A stretch of 64,000 bases of DNA from Octopus vulgaris (taxonomy: Eukaryota), in NCBI GenBank assembly GCA_951406725.2, contig OX597828.1, positions 9,486,001 to 9,550,000 of the forward strand, given 5' to 3'. How positions within the stretch are numbered: the first letter of the stretch is position 1; each line of letters opens with the position of its first letter. A program made the position numbers and the translations under genes. A model generated the notes under the pieces. That model worked only from the letters and a program-made list of their open reading frames with translations. It did not search any database and was not told the DNA's origin. Below are positions 27,465-41,089 of this stretch, one piece after another.

Positions 27465-28395
27465 GTGTATGCATATATGTATAGGATATATATGAATATA
27501 TCTATATAATCATATAATTATATGTTACTGTATATATACATATACATATATATGTGTATATGTATATATATATACATATATATATATGTGCGCGCGTGTG
27601 TGTGTGTGTGTGTGTATGCATATAAATATGTGTGTATGTATGGAACATAATAGAGAAGCATGTTTCACAAACTATAAACCTATTGACATTATAATATAAC
27701 ATAGTTACATTATAAAGTAAGATAATATAGTATAATATAATATAAAATAAAATAAAATAAATATATATAATACAATTTGCTTTGATTCATAACCACTGGT
27801 GAATTTATAAAATAAAATTCAAATTTATGTATATGGATCACGTTAGGGTAATATTTACCTAAAACAGACAAAAATTTCAATTAAGGAATGGATATGAATC
27901 TAAATAATTGTAGGATATATATTTGTTTCATTTATTTGTTATGTTATATTGTTTTATATCATATTATATCTTTTCATACTTTAATGGTATTATATTGTAA
28001 TGTCCAAAAAATTATTATAAGTTAATTAGTTGTATTTCTGTATTTCATTTAATATTTATTTATTGAAATTTTACCATTCTAAGTTCTAATTATTTCTCTA
28101 CTACATTCTGGTATTTAACTGAAGAACCACTGAAAATTGAATGCTTTCCATCCCTTTGAAGGAAGTTGTTTTTTTCCTTGTATTGAATTAGTATATATAT
28201 ATATGTGTATGTGTGTGTGTTTGTGTGTGTGTGTATGTTTGTATGTGTGTATATATGTATATATCTATATAAATAAGTATATATAAATAGACATATAGAC
28301 ATGTACTCTCTGTATATATAAAGTTTTTACGTATATATATTCATACACACATATATGTACATATATGCTTATACGTATATATAGAAACACACACA

Positions 28396-28455
<60 letters not shown>

Positions 28456-28603
28456 TATATGTATATGCATAGATTCATCCATCTTCCATCTACACATGCA
28501 TACAAACACACATGCATACACATACAGGTGAATATACAAGCATACACATACATATATATTTCGTATGATAGGGTGAGGTAATGCTTTTACTTTAACTCAT
28601 GAA

Positions 28604-28785
28604 ATGGCGGCGAAATCCTAAGATCGCTGGCGGTGATTTGTCCGCTTTTACATTAGTACTACGAACGTATATGATGCCAACATCACCTTTCATCTTTTCG
28701 GGGACGATGAAATAAGCACGAGTTGAATACAGGGTACGATGTAGTCGACTAACACCGTCACACAAACTTGCTGGTCTTGTGTCAA
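28604..28785 (+). mobile_element. SINE family A, highly decayed
   Basis: CACCTTTCATCTTTTCGGGACGATGAAATAAGCAC...GATGTAGTCGACTAA. Confidence 0.65.
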
Positions 28786-29350
28786 TACTTAAATTCAATA
28801 ACGTATATGAAACAGAATAATGAAACTAGTGGATTTAAAATTCATAACTACAGCGAGAATTCTTATAAGTTACCTATTAGAAGAAATGTTTTCGGCAATG
28901 TCGCGTACTTACTGCAACAAAAATTGTTCGAAAATTGTGAAAAATATAAATGCAGGCTATATAGAAAGAGAAAAAACAAAATTATCGGTCAAATAATCAA
29001 ACATGTAATTACAAGTAAAATCACAAACTTTATACTGCGAAAAATAGTGAGAAAATACATTTTTAAATATTGTTACTGGCGGTTGTCGAAATGTATAGAA
29101 CGCAAATTTACAGCAGATAAGGATATGGGGCAGCTTTCCCTCTTAAAAAACGAATGGAGAGATGTCGTAAATATTTTCCGTCGGTGTTTGACAATTTTAT
29201 CAAATAAAATGCAGGAAATAAAGTTATAAGCCGCTCTTGCAAAATCAATTTGAAGGAGGATTGCTTTAATGTCTTTCACAGACAATGGCGACGATCACAC
29301 GCTACACACATTCTTTCCAAGCACTCCTGTAAACAGTGGAAGAGAGGTAG

Positions 29351-29392
29351 GACGAATTTTACTCAGCCGTTCCGGTATGACTACGTAAAAAT
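29351..29392 (+). repeat. 42-bp inverted repeat, left copy
   Basis: GACGAATTTTACTCAGCCGTTCCGGTATGACTACGTAAAAAT is the exact reverse complement of 33437-33478. Confidence 0.9.
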
Positions 29393-29539
29393 AGTGAGAA
29401 AATACATCGCAACAGGGTTCGATGTCAATCTTTGCAAAGCGGCTTCCATCTGCGTGCTATTGCTATACATACATATTTATATTTACATATGCAAAAACGT
29501 ATACTTACATCCATATTTATATGTAGTTTGGGTTTAACT

Positions 29540-30405
29540 GCCTTTTTTAGCATGTTTGCCGATTTTTCCCGTTAATGTCCTTCAAATTTAGATTACAAAT
29601 ATAGCAGCCGTGCATGTGATTATAGGGCTCCTGCCATACCATTGGTATCACAATCCTTACACATTTCCTTGCTTCCCTCTAGTCCATTGTCGCAAATGTT
29701 CTGGACATTGTTTACAGACACTATGCGGTGCCCAAAATTTATCTTGATCTCCCAGCTTCACAACAAAATATTGCATATATGCTCTTTCAATAAATTCAGT
29801 TGCTTTTTCGCTTTTCAGGTCAGGTGTATTTTCCACAAACATGACAAAACACATTTGGAGAATTAACACAACACTTTCTTAAAGAAGACATCTTGCTCAT
29901 TTTGTATTGCTTAGTTCACCACATCATTTACAAAGTATGGAAAAATGAAAAAAAAAAACTTAGAATTAGAATAAAGTTATGATCACTGCGTACTGAACAT
30001 ACACACATACATAGTACATATATAGTACACATACATAGTACACATACATAGTACGCTCAGCTGGCAAAAATGAGTTGTACCTGTATTTCAAAAGGGCCGG
30101 CCTTGTCACACTGTGTGTCACGCTGAATCTCCCTGAGAACTACGTTAAGGGTACACGTGTCTGTGGAGTGCTCAGCCACTTGCACGTTAATTTCACGAGC
30201 AGGCTGTTCTGTTGATCGTATCAGCTGGGACCCTCGTCGTCGTAACCGACGGAGTCTCTTTTTTTTTTTAAACATATATGAATGTACGATAACTTAAAAG
30301 CTAGATTTGACAAGTCAAAAAGATGGTTATATTTAGATTCAGGCTGACGATTTTGTACAGGAATTTTATCTATTTCCTAAACACCAAAACCCATGTAGAC
30401 CAGTG
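29540..30405 (-). mobile_element. Chapaev3-like (CMC) DNA transposon 5' remnant
   Basis: Minus strand begins CACTGGTCTACA; decayed transposase N-terminus CVNSPNVFCHVCGKYT...YFVVKLGDQDKFWAPHSVCKQC..LRQW...PMVWQEPYNHMHGCYIC at 29550-29900; superfamily label from recall. Confidence 0.7.
30056..30270 (+). mobile_element. 5'-truncated SINE (end of CORE domain plus a third tail type) inside the Chapaev3-like remnant
   Basis: Begins CTCAGCTGGCAAAAATGAGTTG, shared with family C; ends in a T run; preceded by (ACATACATAGTAC)n repeats. Confidence 0.6.
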
Positions 30406-30476
30406 TGATCAATACTTCCCTTCAGTTTTCTACACATTACCCGCTTGTTCTCTCTCTCCTACTTATATGCGTTTCT

Positions 30477-31963
30477 TATTTCTTTATTGCCCACAAGGGG
30501 CTAAACATAGAGGGGACAAACAAGATAGACAAACGAATTAAGTCGATTACATCGACCCCAGTGCGTAATTGGTACTTTATTTATCGACCCTGAAAGGATT
30601 AAAGGCAAAGTCAACCTCGGCGGAATTTGAACTCAGAACGTAACGGCAGACGAAATACCTATTTCTTTATTACCCACAAGGGGCTAAACATAGAGGGGAC
30701 AAACAAGGACAGACATAGGTATTAAGTCGATTACATCGACCCCAGGGCGGAACTGGTACTTTATTTATCGACCCTGAAAGGTTTAAAGGCAAAGTCAACC
30801 TCGGCGGAATTTGAACTCAGAACGTAACGGCAGACGAAATACCTATTTCTTTATTACCCACAAGGGGCTAAACATAGAGGGGACAAACAAGGACAGACAT
30901 AGGTATTAAGTCGATTACATCGATCCCAGGGCGGAACTGGTACTTTATTTATCGACCCTGAAAGGTTTAAAGGCAAAGTCAACCTCGGCGGAATTTGAAC
31001 TCAGAACGTAACGGCAGACGAAATACCTATTTCTTTATTACCCACAAGGGGCTAAACATAGAGAGGACAAACAAGGACAGACATAGGTATTAAGTCCATT
31101 ACATCGATCCCAGTGCGGAACTGGTACTTTATTTATCGACCCTGAAAGGTTTAAAGGCAAAGTCAACCTCGGCGGAATTTGAACTCAGAACGTAACGGCA
31201 GACGAAATACCTATTTCTTTATTAACCCACAAGGGGCTAAACATAGAGGGGACAAACAAGGACAGACATAGGTATTAAGTCGATTACATCGACCCCAGGG
31301 CGGAACTGGTACTTTATTTATCGACCCTGAAAGGTTTAAAGGCAAAGTCAACCTCGGCGGAATTTGAACTCAGAACGTAACGGCAGGAAATAATTTCTTT
31401 ATTACCCACAAGGGCTAAACATAGAGGGGACAAACAAGGACAGACATAGGTATTAAGTCGATTACATCGACGTGCGGAACTGGTACTTTATTTATCGACT
31501 GAAAGGTTTAAAGGCAAAGTCAACCTCGGCGGAATTTGAACTCAGAACGTAACGGCAGACGAAATACCTATTTCTTTATTACCCACAAGGGGCTAAACAT
31601 AGAGGGGACAAACAAGGACAGACATAGGTATTAAGTCGATTACATCGACCCCAGTGCGGAACTGGTACTTAATTTATCGACCCTGAAAGGTTTAAAGGCA
31701 AAGTCAACCTCGGCGGAATTTGAACTCAGAACGTAACGGCAGACGAAATACCTATTTCTTTATTACCCACAAGGGGCTAAACATAGAGGGGACAAACAAG
31801 GACAGACATAGGTATTAAGTCGATTACATCGACCCCAGTGCGGAACTGGTACTTAATTTATCGACCCGGAAAGGATGAAAGGCAAAGTCAACCTCGGCGG
31901 AATTTGAACTCACAACGCTATGCATTTCGTCCGGCGTGCTAACGTTTCTGCCAGCTTGCCGCC
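30477..31963 (-). mobile_element. Tandem array of 8 SINE family A units with one head and a single TSD
   Basis: Unit starts at 30478, 30661, 30845, 31029, 31213, 31393, 31570 and 31754; TTATATGCGTTTCT at 30463-30476 and 31964-31977. Confidence 0.92.
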
Positions 31964-32441
31964 TTATATGCGTTTCTGCATATGCATATACCATACGCTC
32001 TAAATCAGTCTTCAATCTGTGAGCCACAACAACCGTTTTTACTTCATAAAACTTTCATTTTAAAAAATTTCTTTTGCGGCCTGAAATGGCCATGTAAAAT
32101 CTTCTGTTTGCAGTTATCTTTTCCAGTCCTTTGTTGTATTGAACTCTCCCAACGTCTCAGTCTCTCATTGAATTCGATACTTTAGGCCGCAGATATTACT
32201 TATTTCTTCATCATGCACATCATAGCAGACAGTTTTTCAAACATAATATTACAGTACTGAAGGTATCTTCGGCTTTTTATCATTATTGCTATCAAAATGG
32301 CATATGCTAGCTTATTTTCTCTTCGGTTTCTACTACATTGTAACTTTGCTTTTACCGTTTCTTGTGAATATGATATCTGAATGTATGAGAAATATCCGAT
32401 AACTTAAGTGAATAATATATACATACATACACACACACACG

Positions 32442-32495
<54 letters not shown>

Positions 32496-32640
32496 TAAAT
32501 ATAGAGATAGATATACAAATATATTTAGATACTTATATATATTTATATATACTCTATGTGTTTATGAAAATATATATATATATATATATGTGTGTGTATA
32601 TATATGTATATATATATATATGTGTGTGTGTATATATATG

Positions 32641-32671
<31 letters not shown>

Positions 32672-32680
32672 ATATATATG

Positions 32681-32759
<79 letters not shown>

Positions 32760-33240
32760 GTATGTATTATATTTGTGTATAAATCATTTCTTCTGTTCTG
32801 TTTTGTTTTTGTACGTTGCATCCAAATAAATTAGAACGTAGTTTGTATCTTGTAATATATGGTGACAGCGTCATGTCCTTTAGTTTCTTGTCATGATTCT
32901 ATGCTGCAGCTGTCAATGACAATTCCAAAAGAGACAACCATTTTCTTTGCCTGCTAGCAGAGATGTGCTACTTTCCAACAGCCAATACGCATTTCGTAAA
33001 ATCTGCTTACCGAGCGGAACTCAAAGACTTCGTGATCAGCATTCACAAGAAACTCTTCAGAATTTATACACACTTGAATAATAATATTAACAACAAACAA
33101 TGCCACTTAACAAAATCTGAAGGGTTACATAATTTTATTTGTGTCTTTAATTATTTTGTTCAAAGATTGAAATTGAGAATAATTGTCAATGTGCTACAAG
33201 TTATTTTAGCGAAGCATGCACATATACCTGCACACACATG

Positions 33241-33272
<32 letters not shown>

Positions 33273-33436
33273 ACCATGCGCGTGCACACAGGAATCTATA
33301 CTTGTATACACATGCTATGAAATATATTTGTAAGATTTATAAATGACTGAACACTGGATTAAATCATTTGTCTATCTTGAAACTACAAAAGCAATGACTA
33401 AGGAAGACATAAACAATATATTTATGTTTCAATTTA

Positions 33437-33478
33437 ATTTTTACGTAGTCATACCGGAACGGCTGAGTAAAATTCGTC
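33437..33478 (-). repeat. 42-bp inverted repeat, right copy
   Basis: Exact reverse complement of 29351-29392. Confidence 0.9.
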
Positions 33479-33751
33479 GAAAATAATGCTCAGCCATACG
33501 TAATGTAATCTTGGTATATATTTTCAGTTACATTCAGACGGAGACGATTCCGATTTTAAATCTGTAAATCTGTACGAATACTAATGTACATAGTATATAT
33601 AGTATATTTTATGTTTCCGATCAACAACACGCCAGCTGTTGCTTATTTTGATTATAATCACCCCATTTTGACTTATATGGATAATACTATGCTAAATTCT
33701 GGTGCCTTTAACTTAAGTACCGTATTCATTTAAATCTAAATTTTACTAAAC

Positions 33752-33807
<56 letters not shown>

Positions 33808-33825
33808 GTAATGGCTTTTTGACAG

Positions 33826-34330
33826 CATAATGTTGCAGTCCCAAGATGGGACGAATGTTACTGTTATTTATCGCTAGGAAACATCGTTTTCAGCTGGCTA
33901 TAAGACACAAGGAATTCAGTCCTTGTGTTTTCGAACAGGTGAGATCAGCATCCTCACCCAGCAAAACCTCGAATCCACGGACCGGTTTATGGTTTATTGG
34001 CCTTTATCAGCGTGAAGAAGCTTGGTTGGATAGTTGTCGCTACTGAACTGCTGTCGAAAATATATAGATATCAAAGTGACACATAGTCATTGATCTACAA
34101 AATAGAAATATTATTATTTCTAAATCTCACAAAGAGACACATACAGTAACAGCACCATAAAGTAATAATTTTTGCTAACACAATGTGGTAATCTCAAGAT
34201 GGAACGACTGTTCATTTTATTTAGTCGCTGGAAACATCGTTTCCAGCTGGGTATACGACACAAAAATTCTGTGTCCTTATATTTTCGAACAAGGGAGGTC
34301 AGCACCTCACCCAACCCAACCTCACATCTA
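33826..34330. repeat. Diverged direct duplication of a ~150-bp segment
   Basis: 33826-33978 aligns with 34179-34330 (CAAGATGG, GGAAACATCGTTT.CAGCTGG, TTTTCGAACA, CCTCACCCA). Confidence 0.8.
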
Positions 34331-36041
34331 GGGCAGATTTTGACCACAGAATATAAAAATTGGACGAACTGCTGCTAAACGTCTTGTCCGGTGTTCTACT
34401 GGTTCTGTTGATTTGGTGCTTTCATACTACTAGTGGTTATTGAATTGGAAAGATATAACAATACGAATTTTATTCCCGATTGTTTTTTCCTTCAAAATTT
34501 GACAGTCACTTTAATCGAATTACGTTGTTTGGGGATGTCCTCAGTCACAGCGGATAAACTATAGATGAAGTGAGAGTACGAATTATCCTAAAATCAAATC
34601 TCAACAAATCACTGTAATAAGCATATTAAAAGCATAATGACTAAAATATCAGCAAAAATATACATACGCATACATGTATTTCTACGCATTTATATACATA
34701 CACACAAACTTACATGTACAAAAAAAATTAATATGAATGTACATGAATTTTTTGTCTTTTATTTTTGAAGGAGATAGTAACCACGACCCGTTACAGGGCC
34801 TCCGAAACTGACAGGACACTTCGAGAAAACTATAGTTTGGCCGGAAACTGAAACTGAATGCCTCTCACAGTATGTACTGCTAGGTGTATTCCGGTGCCAG
34901 ATGGGTGCTAATCCAGATGATGTGTTAAGTCATGACTCCATAATACCTACGGAGCGACAGAAATACCGCAAATCATTAACATCCAGGTTTTTATAGTTCC
35001 GCCTATCGAACACTGTTATTTATGCATATTTCTTCGAATCCGTAAAATGGGACTCAAATGAGAGTTGAACTTAGAGCGTAGCGTATCGGAATAAATATTG
35101 CGAAGTGTAGTGTCTAACAGTGTAATGACTTTGCCAATTCTCCGTCTTTCATTCAGGCACAAATGTGCATGAACGAACAAACATACACGGCTCCGGAAAC
35201 GCGCACGTATAAAAACACATAAAAATGCCAGGCACAAAAATAGGAAGAGAGCATGTTGAGATAAAAATAATCTAAAACGATAGAACTGAGTAGTGGAAGA
35301 CATTGACAGTATAACTGTCTGATTTATGTAACGAATCATTCAATGAGAGAATACAAGAAACAAGCTGTGCTATTTGCGGAATACATCTCTCGATATAAAA
35401 CAATGTCTGTTCCAACGCATAGCCTCACGTGAAGGACGGTGCGAAAGTAAATATACATACAAACACACACAGAGACAAACACGCGCACACACACACACAC
35501 ACATACACACACACACACATGCACACGGACACACACACGTGTAGTGATGGTGGTGATCATGGAAGTCAAATCGTGACCAATAAAAAACATTTCCTAAGCT
35601 CAGTAAGGTCATACAAATGTTGCAATAACAAGCAGTTCTATTGCATGGATTTGCTTTAAGTGGAGAGACTTGAACAGCGCTGAACTCACTTTCCAGTGCA
35701 TCAGTGATAATTACTGGGACCCGAGGGTGGTTGAGTTAGCCAGAAGCTGACTGCACTTCAAGTACATTTCTGTGTGTGTATCTTCTAAAAGGGAGTTCGA
35801 AGTAAGTTTTTCTTCTTTCCCAGTGGTTCGCATGCTGGTTAACGTCAACAGATGGTGTTATTCGGGGTTAGTAGAACGGCTAAGGATACAGGCTAATTGA
35901 TGTTACCCAACCCCTAAAATTCTCGGAACGTGTGTACCACGGATTCACTATGTATATGTGTGTGTATATATATGTATATGTGTGTGTATGTATCCAAGTA
36001 TATATGTATATATGTGTCTGTGTGTTGTTGAAATATGAGTC

Positions 36042-36358
<317 letters not shown>

Positions 36359-36461
36359 ATGTGTGCATATATCTATCTGGCATATATGTATCTATATGTA
36401 GGCAGACACACTGACAGACACACAGACAGATAGGTAGATGAGAGGGCTTCATAATTGTGCA

Positions 36462-36673
36462 TATATTAGTTTCAAACTTTGGCACGATATCAGCAATTTC
36501 AAAGATGGGGACTAGTCGGTTATATCGATCCAATTGTCCAATTGGCGCTTATTTTATGAAAGGATGATAGTCAAAGTCGACCGCGTCGGAAATTTGAACT
36601 CAGAACGTAAAGACAGACGAAATATCGCGAAATGTTTTGCCCGACATCCTAACCGTTCTGCCAGATCGCCGCC
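36462..36673 (-). mobile_element. SINE family A, decayed
   Basis: AAAGTCGACCGCGTCGGAAATTTGAACTCAGAACGTAAAGACAGACGAAAT...CTGCCAGATCGCCGCC. Confidence 0.8.
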
Positions 36674-36765
36674 TTCTTTTGTAACTATACTAACAAATTC
36701 TAAAAAGAAAAAAAAACTCGCATCTATTTCAACAATTGAAGTATTGTGTCATTTCATGTGATTAG

Positions 36766-37109
36766 GAAAGGAGACCCCAATCGGTCATGAATGACCATGG
36801 GATTGCACGTAGAAAGGTACCCTCCGAAGCACAAGTCCGGGCAAGGTTGTTTATGGAAAGCCAGCAGTCACTCATGCATACTAGCTTCCCTTCTCCACAC
36901 CACTGATGTTATCCAAGGGAAAGGCAAAGGGGCCGATACAGCTTGGCACCAGTGATGTCGCAACTCATTTCTACAGCTGAGTGAACTGGTGCAACGTGAA
37001 ATAATGTGTCTTGCTCAAGAACACAACACGCAGCCCGGTCCGGGAATCGAACTCACAACCTCGCGATCGTAAGCTCGACGCTCTAACCAGTGAGGCATAC
37101 GCCTTCATA
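36766..37109 (-). mobile_element. SINE family C, full length with 15-bp TSD
   Basis: Homologous to 13900-14233; ATTTCATGTGA(T/C)TAG at 36751-36765 and 37110-37124. Confidence 0.9.
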
Positions 37110-38129
37110 ATTTCATGTGACTAGAACCCAAATATTCGAAGTAAAGGAAAACTAGGAATCACTTCCCATAGCCTAATGAGGAACTACTTGCAGTTTGGCC
37201 ACTCTCTTACTAGGAACAAAAACCAACTTCCTCAAAATATGGTCCCGCAATATATTTGAATCTATATTCTTTGATATAAAAACCAATAGGATTGGCATGG
37301 CTGGAATACGTTTGATAATGTACCTGCACTTTTACGACTGATATCTGGCGCAAATGAACAATAATAAACAAAAACAAACATCATATAATACACATTACTA
37401 CAATATTTAACAAAATAACATTGATTTAGAATGACACGTCCCAGTATTATAGATGCTATTTAAGCATTATTTTTTATTCAACTTCAATTTACTTTACATA
37501 ATTTCTCTGGCAACAACTTCAGCGTTACAGTCAATGAGAGTTGGTTAAGGCTTACTGGCCAACAAGAAAAGGCAAGTGACTTAATTGATAGTGACAAGAT
37601 TTTGTTACGTGATTTTGGCTGAACAATGTATTTTCTTTGTAAAATCTAATATCGCTGACCTCATGGACTCTGATGTATTCCGGGTTTACATCACATTTGA
37701 ATTTTATTGACTTTGACGCTTTAATAGGTGACTTAATAAACTTTGCCACCTTAGCTAAACATGATCTCTAATATTTATATATAAATGACTATTCCTTTAC
37801 AAGTGTTGGTGACATTATTTCGGTGAAAATTCTAAATATCAAGACAAATATCAATAAGACCAGTGAGAGATAGCAATTTCACTTCACGTTTTAAAATTTA
37901 CACAACGCCACATCAACACCTTTTAATGATATTGACGTTGAAACATACCTTATATGTTCAGAAACAACACCACCACCAGAGATGGTCAAACACAGAGATG
38001 ATAATAATAATAATCATCTTCATCATTATCATTCGTCAAACACAGAGATAATAATAATAATAATCATCTTCATCATTATCATAATTATAGTCATTATCAT
38101 CATCATCATCATCATCATCATGCTATATC

Positions 38130-39090
38130 TATGATCTAGCATAGTTTGTTTTCGTTCTGAATGAAGACTATGTCTAGCTTCATATTCTTCATTTCATGGC
38201 CGCAACGAGGCCCTGTTTCAGTTCCTCCATTACTACTTTCAGGCCCTTTCTTTCAATATTATACTTTCTTTTCAGTGCCCTCTAACTTTGTTCGCTTTCA
38301 AGTTCACCTTTCTCTTTTCGGTCAAACACTGAGATTTCCTTCGAGAGCATGTCTAACCCTGCTTGGATTCTTCCTTGCCACCACGATATTTTCATTTGTC
38401 ACTCCTATTATGTTTCTTTTTCTTGACACTAACACCAACATTTTCTGCTACGACAATACTTGCTGCCTTGATCAAATTATTTGTTTGTTCTGATGTGATG
38501 TTGCTTGTTCTGATGCATTTCAGAATTGCATTGACATTTTCGTTTCTTGCTTCAATTTCCATCGATCAACCTTTTTAAGGTTGCAAATAATGTCGCTATC
38601 GATCTCCTGTAGTCTTACCTTTATTCTGTCGCAGATTGCCTTTTGTTCATCTCTCATATCGCAATTAGTTTTATTGTCTTCTTTTAGATCATCTTTATGT
38701 CTCTCATCAAGTAAACTACCACTGCTCCTTTTCTGTGCTATGAACTTACTCGTATTAGTAAGAACTGCATTTTCATTGTTATCTCTGCTGTTATTTTCCA
38801 TGACCCGTCTGTTGATAGCTTCGTTCTAAATGTTGGTTCTGTGAACCAGCACTTTTTTTTATTGCTCTAGCTTGATCACATAGTCTCTGTTCCGTGAGTT
38901 GAAACAATCCCATTTCTCTCCAATGAACATACACACATTGTCGGTAACCCCTAATTTGTGCACCATTTACATCTACCGGGCTGCTCATGTAGTAAAACTC
39001 CATAACCACAGCATTAATTTGCTTGCTCCATATACGTTGTGTATGGTGGACCCTTTCTGAGTATCAACAGGCTAGAATGTCTGAGTCTAC
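38130..39090 (-). pseudogene. R4/Dong-clade LINE N-terminal region, decayed
   Basis: VMEFYYMSSP...RGYRQCVYVHWREMGLFQLTEQRLCDQARAIKK; later LKKVDRWKLK and TNNLIKAASIVVAE; next to (AAT/CAT)n. Confidence 0.75.
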
Positions 39091-39730
39091 AGAGTGCAAC
39101 ACTGTCACCATCATTGGCTTCAGTTTCATTGCCACCTTTATTCACAATATTTTTTTCATTGCCACTCATATGAGGTAGGGATTATCAGGTTGCGCAATTA
39201 CCGTGTTTTTATTGTGACACCATTACTAGATGTATCATTAATCAGCCCATCATCACTGATGTCACTGATATTGCTTTTATATGTAGTAGCATCACTGGTT
39301 GCAGTAACAGTAACAGTAGCAGAAGTGGGGGTAATGATAAGGGTGGTAGTTGGGCCTCAGATGCCTATGCTATCATAATAGTAATAGGTGTAGTATCATT
39401 GTAGTATAAGGTTATTTAGTATTAGCAGCTGCAGCATATTTTTTATTTTTATTTTAATCATTATAACTATCACCACGTCTGTCATTGTTGGAGGAAATAG
39501 TTGTGTAGCAGTTTGGTAAATAGATCATATTGTATAGGTCTAGAAATACATTCTGAAGATGTCGGAGCGGTCAATCATAGAGACAAAAGAATCTTCGCAC
39601 CATTTGGGTCGGAAAAGGTCAAAAGTGTTTACTACTACCAGTGGCTATTGAGAGCACTGCCTTGAAAAGTAGCAATTCAACTTGTATTTGCAAATACTGG
39701 TAGAAAAATTTCATTACATATACATATGTG

Positions 39731-39852
<122 letters not shown>

Positions 39853-40179
39853 CACATATATATATGTACGCACGCGCGCACACAAACACACAGTCACACA
39901 GACACACACACATACATATATATATATTGATATTCACGTCGTTCATTTTTTTGAATTTCTGAATTCATTTATGTTGTTGCAAAAAGGTGAGTTTACGTCT
40001 TTGGCTAATATATTAAAGATTTTTAGCTTTCTTGAGATGTTCGTTTGTCTCTAGGACTTTTGCTATGAAAATGATGTTTACATTTTTAATAATCAGGGAG
40101 TATCAAAAAGAAAAGAAAACAAGTTTTAAGATTTACTAAATATGGTCTTTTGTTTGACCGCACTTATTGATTAGTTGAT

Positions 40180-40735
40180 TGGTTGATTGATTGATTGATT
40201 GATTCAGAGAGCAGTGCATGTCATCAAAGTGACACTGGATTAAATATACGAAGCTCAGTATACCCATCATGACTACACGTCTGATAACGGTGCACCAGGT
40301 ACATGCATCACAAATGTATGTACACGACATGGCGATCTCGTATGAAAATAAACAGCACATGATCTTGCAGGTGGGGCCCAGCAAGAATTTTCTTCGGATT
40401 GAATAGCCATTCCCCTCAAATGGTCATTGAATATGGATCGTTTAAGGATGTTGAGCGAAGCAATGTTTCGAAAGGCGAACTATCCGAACCCCAAAGAATT
40501 CCTCTCAACACATGGCTATGATGTTCCCCCACTTCTTGTGATGGTTATCATAGATGCACATATCGTTAGCCACCAAGGGACATGCACAACTGTTTAAGGT
40601 CAAACAGCTGACAAGCAATCGTGTGCTGTTGAGCAGAATATTTGCCGTAGGCCATCTTTTATATCAAGACAAAACTATGTGCACGATTACACTTCCAATC
40701 AGTTAAGAGTCGAAGACATGAGAGCCACTGGCTGG
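40180..40735 (-). mobile_element. Probable 3' end of a non-LTR retroelement with a (TCAA)n tail
   Basis: A higher-GC block bounded by (TTGA)n on the left and (ATT)n on the right; no protein motif recognised. Confidence 0.35.
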
Positions 40736-40751
40736 AATTGCTTCAGGTCAT

Positions 40752-41085
<334 letters not shown>

Positions 41086-41089
41086 GTAA

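Noticed and set aside
28768-29229. 153-aa Lys-rich ORF
   Set aside because: No recognisable domain; it starts inside a decayed SINE and its composition reflects AT-rich DNA
30477-31963. Regularly spaced repeats resembling a CRISPR array
   Set aside because: The units are contiguous near-identical SINE bodies with no unique spacers and no cas genes, in a eukaryotic context
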